The notes below the pieces were generated by a model. The model saw nothing but the letters and a program-made list of their open reading frames with translations, made no database searches and had not been told where the DNA came from. A program made the position numbers and the translations under genes. This document shows positions 57,074 to 64,000 of a stretch of 64,000 bases of DNA, piece by piece (position 1 is the first letter of the stretch; each line of letters starts with the position of its first letter). Source of the DNA: a virus; the IMG/VR virus record IMGVR_UViG_3300017773_000004, positions 5,056-69,055 of that record. One strand, given 5' to 3'.

Positions 57074-57076
57074 TGT

Positions 57077-58870
57077 TTACTCCAGTTTGCTTATATTTCC
57101 TGACTTGATAACTTCTACTTTTTCAAGTAAAGGATGCGTCCATCCATGGCTTACTACATAAGTATTTAAATCTTCGCCTAAAAGAACTTCCACTAATTTT
57201 TCTCTACCAGTTTCATCAAGCACATTAATTACTTCATCAAGAAAAAGAATGTTAATCTTTGACTTTGATATACTACTCATCAGCTTACGAATAGCTATGA
57301 GAGTGGCAGTATTCACGCGAGCTAGCTCTCCACTAGACAGTGCGAGAATATCTACAATATTACCATTGTCCGTAATCTGAACATTGAGTTTATCATTCGA
57401 TACAACAAACTCAAGTGTAAATCGTCCATCTGAAAGTTCTGCAAGATATGTGTTCGTTAACTCTTCTAAGTCTTTTACGAGATTTTCTATTTTATATGCA
57501 AGTAATCCATTTGTACTAAAAGCTTTTTTCAATACTTCTAAATTATTTACAATCTCTTGTTGTGCCCCTAACTCCTCTTGAGCAGAGTCTAGCTGGCTTT
57601 TGAACTCGTCTGTTTGCTCAAGAATTACTTGGATTCGGGTGTTTCTTCTGGTGATTCGCTCATTGTTTCTCGCTGTTTCCTCCAAAGACTCTTTTGCTGA
57701 AACCAAGTCAGCTCGTACTCTTGCCAAGCGCTCTTCCAGCTCTCCTTTGTCCAAGACGGCCACTGGGAGAGTTCTGTCAATGCTTCTGTACAAATCCTCC
57801 CACTCTCGCTGATCTTTTCTTGCAGCGTCATACTCTGCATTGTCTCGTTTAATTTCTGATATTCTTCCCTCAATTTCATATTCTTCCTTCCTAGCTTCCG
57901 CTATTTTTCTTGCCTCATCATTTATTAGAGACTGTTTAAATTCTGGATCAACGGCCTGCTCGCAAGTTGGACAATGATCTCCTAATTTTTCTAGCTTTGC
58001 CAAAAGTTTCTTTGACCCCGCTACCGATTGTGATAACTTTCCAAGATCGCTCTGCAAGCTATCATAGGATTGTGTACTTGTGATACTACAGTTTTGTGCT
58101 TTTGTTATATTTATCTTAGCCAGTAAATCTTTATAAGTATTATTTTGTACAATTTTTTTATTTTTTTCGGAAATATTTTTAATTTCCATCATAAGCCTGG
58201 CGGATTCTGTTTCGTCTTCAGATGTGTCGATAGAAATTTCAGACAGAGGCAGTATGGATGTATCACTTAATTTATTATCATTCAACCATTTTTCTATTGT
58301 TGATATTTTTGATTCTATGCTACTAAGAGCTATTGTGCACTGTCTTGACTCTTCTTTAAATAATTCAAAGAACTTTACGTAATGCTCAAGTTGAAGTAAG
58401 TCGATAAGAAACTTTTTGCGGTTCGTATCTGTTGCAGTAAGAAACTGCAAACTGCTATTTGTGTTCTGGTAGACCAACTGAGAGAAGGTTTTGAAATCGA
58501 TTCCAATAATAGTTTGGAGTGTCTTATATGTATTGGTCGCTGTATGAGAGCTAATATCTTTCCCATCTTCCAAAAGACGAAGCTTAATACTAGACTTGCG
58601 ATCAATAATGACGTCATACTCTTTCTCATCTTTTGTAAATGTCAAGTGTATATGATACCCTGCATTTACATATCTATTTGGTATATCTGCCTTTTTAATT
58701 CCTTTTGAGTTTTTGTTGTAAAGTGCTTCCTCTATAATTAAAGGTATGGACGATTTGCCCATACCATTTGTTCCAACTAATTGAGTTACTGTATTCGAGG
58801 AAAGGTCTAGTTCATTATCTGAACCATAACTAAAACAGTTACTCCATTTCAACTTTTGCAGAGTAATCAT
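57077..58870 (-). CDS. Rad50/SbcC-like recombination ATPase (T5 D13-like)
   Basis: Walker A GTNGMGKSS, zinc hook CPTC, signature LSSGE, Walker B LFLDE. Confidence 0.93.
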   Translation of the reverse strand: MITLQKLKWSNCFSYGSDNELDLSSNTVTQLVGTNGMGKSSIPLIIEEALYNKNSKGIKKADIPNRYVNAGYHIHLTFTKDEKEYDVIIDRKSSIKLRLLEDGKDISSHTATNTYKTLQTIIGIDFKTFSQLVYQNTNSSLQFLTATDTNRKKFLIDLLQLEHYVKFFELFKEESRQCTIALSSIESKISTIEKWLNDNKLSDTSILPLSEISIDTSEDETESARLMMEIKNISEKNKKIVQNNTYKDLLAKINITKAQNCSITSTQSYDSLQSDLGKLSQSVAGSKKLLAKLEKLGDHCPTCEQAVDPEFKQSLINDEARKIAEARKEEYEIEGRISEIKRDNAEYDAARKDQREWEDLYRSIDRTLPVAVLDKGELEERLARVRADLVSAKESLEETARNNERITRRNTRIQVILEQTDEFKSQLDSAQEELGAQQEIVNNLEVLKKAFSTNGLLAYKIENLVKDLEELTNTYLAELSDGRFTLEFVVSNDKLNVQITDNGNIVDILALSSGELARVNTATLIAIRKLMSSISKSKINILFLDEVINVLDETGREKLVEVLLGEDLNTYVVSHGWTHPLLEKVEVIKSGNISKLE

Positions 58871-59798
58871 TAAAAACACTCACTATTTTAGGGATTTGGG
58901 TTTCTGATAATTCTAGAATATATGTTAAATACTCTACCAATTCTTCTTCTATTGTCATATCTTTATTAATTACTAATGTTGCTTCATTAGTACGTTTGAC
59001 AACTTTTTTATCTAAGAGATCGCTGTTCTTTACATTTGCAAGCTCTTGCATATCTCCTTCAATTTCATAAATAGTGTGATGATAGTCTGTAGGTATCATC
59101 TCACTTGGATCTGTAACTGTTTTTCTTATCAACTGTGGTAGATCAAATGGCTCCCAAATCCAAGACCAGTCCTCTGGATTGATCAAAATATATCCAGTTT
59201 TTACTTCAGTTCTATGAAATGAAGTAGTCATCGGAGACCCGGGGTAGACAATATTTTTCTGACTATTACTATGTGCGTGCAAATCGCCCGCAAAGACGAT
59301 AGGAAAATCCTCAAACCTGTCTAAGTCCACTTCTGGCTTGACGTGTGGAGGTATCTCTCCTCGTACATGAGTAAAGAGTGGTGCCGTTGATATAAACTTT
59401 TCAATGCTTCCTTCTCTATGTAAGTCGGCATAAGGAAGAATACTAAAACCAAGCTCTGAATCATAATATGAAATATCCGCTATTTTTACAAGTGGATTTA
59501 TATCCCTAGTTACTTGCTTCAGTTGAGTAAAGAATGTTCTGTTTTTCTTTGTAGCTTCATGATTGCCATCATAGATAAGGGTTGGAATCCCTACCTCTCG
59601 AATAAACGAGAAGTAGAGTTCCAACTCTTCCATGCTAGGCAGACGGTCAAAAAGATCACCACCGATAATGTGCATTTCACACTGATTTTCAAGACTATGT
59701 ATCTGCTCGAAAAATAATCCGTAACGGTTAAGTGCCCATTCTTTGGGCACATTCTTTTGACCTAGCTTTAAATGCCAGTCTGCCGTAAATAGAATCAT
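58839..59798 (-). CDS. Mre11/SbcD-like nuclease (T5 D12-like)
   Basis: Metallophosphoesterase motifs ADWH, GGDLFD, GNHE, GDLH and YPGSP. Confidence 0.93.
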   Translation of the reverse strand: MILFTADWHLKLGQKNVPKEWALNRYGLFFEQIHSLENQCEMHIIGGDLFDRLPSMEELELYFSFIREVGIPTLIYDGNHEATKKNRTFFTQLKQVTRDINPLVKIADISYYDSELGFSILPYADLHREGSIEKFISTAPLFTHVRGEIPPHVKPEVDLDRFEDFPIVFAGDLHAHSNSQKNIVYPGSPMTTSFHRTEVKTGYILINPEDWSWIWEPFDLPQLIRKTVTDPSEMIPTDYHHTIYEIEGDMQELANVKNSDLLDKKVVKRTNEATLVINKDMTIEEELVEYLTYILELSETQIPKIVSVFNDYSAKVEME

Positions 59799-60418
59799 GT
59801 CAAATCAAACTCTTCTACAGACTCTTCATCAACCTTAGCGGTTTCTTCTCGAATTTCATCGAGCAAAGTTTTTTGAGCATCAGGAGTCGGACGAGGCATA
59901 ACATCATCCATAGACTTCAGCTCTGCGATCGCTTCCATCTCGGCTTCATCAAGTGCTCGCTGCTTGCACTTCAAGACTTGGAGTTGGTACTCTACATTGT
60001 AGGGCAGGGGTCCAGTCTTTACGCGCTTGAACTTAATATCCCATCCAGCTTCTGGATCTGTAGGGTCGCCCAGGTCTTCTGCGGCTGTAAGAATAGCTTC
60101 AAAGAGCTTCTTTTTAAGATTGATGATCTTGACTTCTCCTTGGTCAAGACACTGCATAGCGTAGCTCCAGCCACACTTCAGATCGGGGTAATACTCACGA
60201 ACCCAATCTTTTTCTTTGTTATTAAATCGCTCCTCATTGCGATCAAAAGAAAGACACTCAAAAGGAATGTTCTTTCCATTCTTACCTTCTAACCAGTATA
60301 CATATCGTGCGAGTACGTCACCTACGAGTCGGACTTCGTTGTCACCGTCGCGATAAGAGTAAGAAGTGATGCTGGACTTTTTAGCGCCTCCAGCGGCCTT
60401 GTTAAATGATAGTGCCAT
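59795..60418 (-). CDS. single-stranded DNA-binding protein (T5 D11-like)
   Basis: RLVGDVLARYVYW...LGDPTD...GWDIKFKR.KTGP...VEY and acidic C-terminal tail; synteny. Confidence 0.8.
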   Translation of the reverse strand: MALSFNKAAGGAKKSSITSYSYRDGDNEVRLVGDVLARYVYWLEGKNGKNIPFECLSFDRNEERFNNKEKDWVREYYPDLKCGWSYAMQCLDQGEVKIINLKKKLFEAILTAAEDLGDPTDPEAGWDIKFKRVKTGPLPYNVEYQLQVLKCKQRALDEAEMEAIAELKSMDDVMPRPTPDAQKTLLDEIREETAKVDEESVEEFDLT

Positions 60419-60822
60419 TAGTGTATTTTCTCCTTTGGGACTTCTTCATATTTGAAGTGAAGTTGAAATTCATCATCAATATGAAGTAGACTGTTATCTT
60501 CGAATAATGAAATGTCTACTTCTAAAAGATTTAGATCTAGACTGAGTTTCCCAGTTGCTTTATAGTCCGCTAACGGACGCATAGAGGCTAAGCCAAGATA
60601 CTGGGCTATCTCGGCATACTCGTATTTATATGCATAATATAAGAGGATATCAGGATGAACTATAAAGGAATCACCCTTATAGTTGGTATTTGAGTATCGA
60701 TAGGTTTTATCATATTTATTCAACGGAACGTGCTCCGTTGTTATCATTCTAAAGATGATAAAAATGGCCAAAGGATTTCCTTCAGCCGTTTCAAATATCT
60801 TTTTCCAATTATATAACAACAT
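60418..60822 (-). CDS. conserved hypothetical protein between D10 and D11 homologues
   Basis: MLLYNWKKIF...Y..LASMR...FKYEE; ATG at 60822. Confidence 0.65.
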   Translation of the reverse strand: MLLYNWKKIFETAEGNPLAIFIIFRMITTEHVPLNKYDKTYRYSNTNYKGDSFIVHPDILLYYAYKYEYAEIAQYLGLASMRPLADYKATGKLSLDLNLLEVDISLFEDNSLLHIDDEFQLHFKYEEVPKEKIH

Positions 60823-60866
60823 ATTATACATCAAACCGCACAAAAAGTCAAGAACTATTTTTCTGT
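60823..60866 (-). promoter_or_regulatory. sigma70 promoter on the minus strand
   Basis: Minus strand reads CAGAAAAATAGTTC, TTGACT (60851-60846), 17-nt spacer, TATAAT (60828-60823). Confidence 0.8.
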
Positions 60867-60867
60867 G

Positions 60868-62151
60868 TTATATCTGTTCTATTGAGTAGCCTTGCTTCAT
60901 ATAGTATCCCATACGATTAGAGGCTTGACGAGTTGCAGTTTTTCCTTTTAAATGAATATCGACCACTATTGGGTCTCGTTTTCCTTCCTGCTCTCGAATG
61001 ACTCTTCCAATGAGCTGTGTGAGGAGAGGTTCGTTGTTGATAGGGGTACCGAGTATAAGGACAGAGAGGGAATTGACTGAAATCCCTTCACTAAATATCG
61101 CTTGAGTACCAAAAAGTATTTCTTTATTCCCATAATTTATCTCATCAATGAGGCTTTCGCGCTCTTCATGGGGAACTTCCCCTGTTACACAAATTGCATT
61201 GTCTCCTACAAGACGTGCACAAGTTTTCAGAAAGTGTACTCGATCTGATACTACAAGTACTTTGTGGCCTCGAGCAGCATAGTAGGATGCAAGTAACGAG
61301 ACACTATGAACATATTCTTCATTGTTTGCCAGGTTATTTACCCGATTTGCCCATGGAATATTTGCACCATCCATAAAGCGTACTTCCGAACGATAGATAT
61401 TTATCTTCGGAGTCATAAAATTTTCTTTGGGAGGCTGAAAAAGTTTGTTACCAAAATAGTCACGAAAGACCACATGCTTTCCATCTTTTCGCTCGATTGT
61501 GCCACTCAGTCCGATTTTGTACCGTGCGTGACTGCTGTCGATAATTTTTGAAAACGTTGGCGAAGATACGTGATGCATTTCGTCCAAGATAATTGTTCCA
61601 AATATTTTTCGAATTCGATCGATGTTTCTGTAGAGTGTTTGGGTATTACCAACCACAATACAAGGATCGGTATTCCAACTACCACTACCAATAATCCCTG
61701 GAGTAATTCCATATACTTTTTCTACCTCTTTTGCCCACTGATTTCTTAAAGGAACAGTGTGTGTAATTACTAATGTTTTTTGCCCTAGCTTTCCTGCGAT
61801 TGCAAGACCTGTAAAGGTTTTTCCCCAACTTACCCACGCATTGATGATACTGCTATCGTCGAGTTCGTCATAGACGGCTTGTTGAGATTCGCGGAGTACA
61901 AACTGAAACTCAGGAAAATCAACAGGAACCATAACCCTCTTGTCCACCATTTCATACGCATTTGGTATTAGATCTCCTCGTCCGATTGGTATTGATACCA
62001 GATTTTCGCGCACCCGCTGCAGATTCTTAATAATGATCGGAGGATCTTTCGGATTCTGAGGTGCAATTTTATACGTCAATTCTTTGGATAACTTCTCTCG
62101 AAGTTCCAAATTAGCATCCATATAGATACGATTACTAAGTACTGCCTTCAT
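60868..62151 (-). CDS. superfamily 2 helicase (T5 D10-like)
   Basis: LRESQ, WGKT, ILDEMHH, GLSGT, EGIS and QLIGRVIR motifs. Confidence 0.92.
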   Translation of the reverse strand: MKAVLSNRIYMDANLELREKLSKELTYKIAPQNPKDPPIIIKNLQRVRENLVSIPIGRGDLIPNAYEMVDKRVMVPVDFPEFQFVLRESQQAVYDELDDSSIINAWVSWGKTFTGLAIAGKLGQKTLVITHTVPLRNQWAKEVEKVYGITPGIIGSGSWNTDPCIVVGNTQTLYRNIDRIRKIFGTIILDEMHHVSSPTFSKIIDSSHARYKIGLSGTIERKDGKHVVFRDYFGNKLFQPPKENFMTPKINIYRSEVRFMDGANIPWANRVNNLANNEEYVHSVSLLASYYAARGHKVLVVSDRVHFLKTCARLVGDNAICVTGEVPHEERESLIDEINYGNKEILFGTQAIFSEGISVNSLSVLILGTPINNEPLLTQLIGRVIREQEGKRDPIVVDIHLKGKTATRQASNRMGYYMKQGYSIEQI

Positions 62152-62209
62152 ATAAGTATATACAGTATTAATAGTACTATAACTACTATGTCTAGTCTTT
62201 GACTAAGTT

Positions 62210-62704
62210 TCATACTTTTCTTCTTGTATCTTTTAGTTTAGTTTCCGAATAATCATATAAAACCCACGGCAAATTACCATGATGAAGAATTCCTGCATAC
62301 AGTATCTCATCTGCAGGAGGTCTAGGTATAACGAATGGATTTTTTATACCCTCTAAGTATAGTAAAGAGTTACTAGTTTTATTAACTATTCTTTTTATTC
62401 GATAGTATTTTAATTTACAAAACTGTGATTTTTCATAGATAAAGGGTATACCATAGCTATCTACAAAATGTTTTGATTTTGATTTCAAGATACCCCGAAA
62501 ATTATCTAACTGGTGATGCAACTCTTGTAAATTTTTATGAGGGGTTTGTAGTCGACGTATGCCCAAGGTGTCCCCTTCCATATTTTTGTCGTCTAGGATT
62601 TTGTCGTCTAAAAATAAAAGACCATCCTGCCTATACCAGTTACCGGAAGGCATAGCATAGACAGGAAACTTAACCCTACTTATATTCTTATACTGAATCA
62701 CCAT
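62210..62704 (-). CDS. conserved hypothetical protein downstream of the DNA polymerase
   Basis: FPVY...ILDDKNM.GDTLGIRRLQ...DTRRKV; ATG 62704 preferred because the longer ORF overlaps the polymerase by about 190 nt. Confidence 0.7.
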   Translation of the reverse strand: MVIQYKNISRVKFPVYAMPSGNWYRQDGLLFLDDKILDDKNMEGDTLGIRRLQTPHKNLQELHHQLDNFRGILKSKSKHFVDSYGIPFIYEKSQFCKLKYYRIKRIVNKTSNSLLYLEGIKNPFVIPRPPADEILYAGILHHGNLPWVLYDYSETKLKDTRRKV

Positions 62705-64000
62705 ACATTTTTTGGAATTTTCCCATTGAATAGTCTTCTCCGATTTCGAAGTCGCATCCGACAGGAGCCCCCGGAACTGTGATCCCTCTATCCATTTGAA
62801 CAAAGTGTTGAAGCTGTTTGCAGTAAAAATCGATTTCTCCTTCTGGAACTTCCGCAAGTATTGAGTCATGTACCAAAGCAAAGATACGAGACTTCATTTG
62901 TTGCGATTTAATAAATGCCCCCATGTCTATAGCACCTAATAGGTTAATATCACTAGCAGCAGACTGAACCAAAAAATTAAGGCCAGAGCGAATGCTATGA
63001 CTTCTGATACCTGGATCGGTACTTTCAACATTAGGCAATCTCCTCTTTCTACCAAAGAAACTATAGATAAATCCATTAGCTTCAATAAACTTCTGGTTGG
63101 AATCAATCCAACTCTTTAACTTGTGAAATGCTCCGAAATAATCTTTAATTACTTCAGATGCTTCTTGTCTTGAAAAATATTTTCCACTGTCTTTTGTTAC
63201 TTGTTCACTAATTTTTGCAGGACCGGCACCATACATAATGCCAAAAGTTACTGCTTTAGCAGCTTGTCTCCGATCTGCATATAATTCTGCTACCTCTTCT
63301 ACTTTACAAGGCAACTTAAATACTTTGTGTGCAATAGTACTATGAAAGTTTCCTCCGCTACGAAATACATCCATAAGTGCTGCATCTTCTGCTAGTACTG
63401 CCGCTACGTAAACTTCCGCAGTTGTTAAATCCATAGCTACTATCTTGTGGCCCTCTGCGGCTTTGATGCAACCTTTTACAGTAGGGTTATCCCTAGGAAG
63501 CTGTTGCATATTAAGTTTCCCGCTTGAACTAAGCCTCCCAGAAGTAGTACCGTGAAGATTAAAACCCGTACGAAGTCGAGAATCTCGATCCAACTGAGGT
63601 ATGATCTTGTCAAGATAAGTATTTTTGATTTTTGATTTTTGTCGTATGTCCAAGATCCGTTTTGGTACGTCCGATTGAAGGCTGAGTTCTTTAAGCACTT
63701 CCGCGTCAGTAGAGTCTGCGCCCGTGCCAGTTTTCTTTCCAGTCGGATTGAGGCCCAAGAAATCAAATAAAAGACTGCGCAACTGAACAGTGCTATTTGG
63801 ATTAAAAGGTTTTCCATTTAGTTCTTCAAACCTCCGTATGTTATCGTTTTCATACAAAGCAGCAATGGCCTCATCAATATCAGTTTGCATTGCATCCTGA
63901 CCAATATACAAACGCTTTTTGTCAAAAGGAACACCATTGTCCTGAGTGTCGATAAGGAATCGAGTGCCAGGAATAAGAATGTTATCGTATACCCACTTGA
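62688..64000 (-). CDS. polA: family A DNA polymerase, C-terminal part (runs off the window)
   Basis: TTSGRLSS, motif A DLTTAEV, motif B RQAAKAVTFGIMYG, motif C LVHDSI; frame open to the window end. Confidence 0.96.
   Translation of the reverse strand, partial: KWVYDNILIPGTRFLIDTQDNGVPFDKKRLYIGQDAMQTDIDEAIAALYENDNIRRFEELNGKPFNPNSTVQLRSLLFDFLGLNPTGKKTGTGADSTDAEVLKELSLQSDVPKRILDIRQKSKIKNTYLDKIIPQLDRDSRLRTGFNLHGTTSGRLSSSGKLNMQQLPRDNPTVKGCIKAAEGHKIVAMDLTTAEVYVAAVLAEDAALMDVFRSGGNFHSTIAHKVFKLPCKVEEVAELYADRRQAAKAVTFGIMYGAGPAKISEQVTKDSGKYFSRQEASEVIKDYFGAFHKLKSWIDSNQKFIEANGFIYSFFGRKRRLPNVESTDPGIRSHSIRSGLNFLVQSAASDINLLGAIDMGAFIKSQQMKSRIFALVHDSILAEVPEGEIDFYCKQLQHFVQMDRGITVPGAPVGCDFEIGEDYSMGKFQKMYGDSV

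Noticed and set aside
62152-62209. AT-rich gap with short palindromes (GTATATAC, TAGTACTA, TAGTC-TTT-GACTA) as a possible origin or operator
   Set aside because: Short palindromes are expected in AT-rich DNA; there are no iterons and no clean promoter match, so the evidence is too weak.
63225-63275. Unusual polymerase motif B residue
   Set aside because: KAVTFGIMYG has Phe at the E. coli 762-equivalent position, the ordinary state.
1306-63817. Many short antisense or alternate-frame ORFs in the track (e.g. 8771-9049, 15940-16341, 25540-25980, 35152-35472, 59873-60292)
   Set aside because: They lie wholly within well-supported genes, lack RBSs and are explained by the codon bias of the real strand.
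601-64000. Inteins, introns or stop-codon reassignment in terL, nrdA, helicase or polymerase
   Set aside because: These proteins have normal or compact lengths with contiguous motifs, and gene packing is dense under the standard code.
1-64000. tRNA, rRNA or mobile elements
   Set aside because: Intergenic gaps are too short and no cloverleaf, transposase or integrase was recognised; the single HNH gene sits at a conserved packaging-module position.

Overview
This window is part of a T5-like (Demerecviridae-related) siphovirus genome, probably from an aquatic phage of a Gram-negative host. The host type is inferred from a spanin pair and consensus sigma70 promoters. The + strand (1-52279) carries the late and structural region in T5 order: spanins, TerL, HNH nuclease, portal, a fused prohead protease-major capsid ORF, head-tail connectors, tail tube, tail chaperones, tape measure, Dit and a 2838-aa tail-tip protein. 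It ends in about 24 kb of fibre and adhesin genes. The - strand (52292-64000) carries replication and recombination genes (family A polymerase, D10-D15 homologues) followed by nrdA and nrdB. The two blocks meet at a bidirectional terminator. The most striking feature is the 32.8-52.3 kb array: seven proteins share an N-terminal 'FPxSPSNG' module, are assembled from a small set of shuffled modules, and mostly end in glycine-rich or LamG-like heads. Two gene junctions and two gene ends are near-identical at the DNA level, which suggests a modular, possibly branched and recombinationally expandable receptor-binding system. Other candidates are a +1 frameshift (UUU-CGU) in the tail chaperone pair, an internal start inside the protease-capsid fusion, a leaderless HNH transcript and a structured leader before the tail tube gene. 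All assignments come from motif recognition and synteny; no database searches were run.
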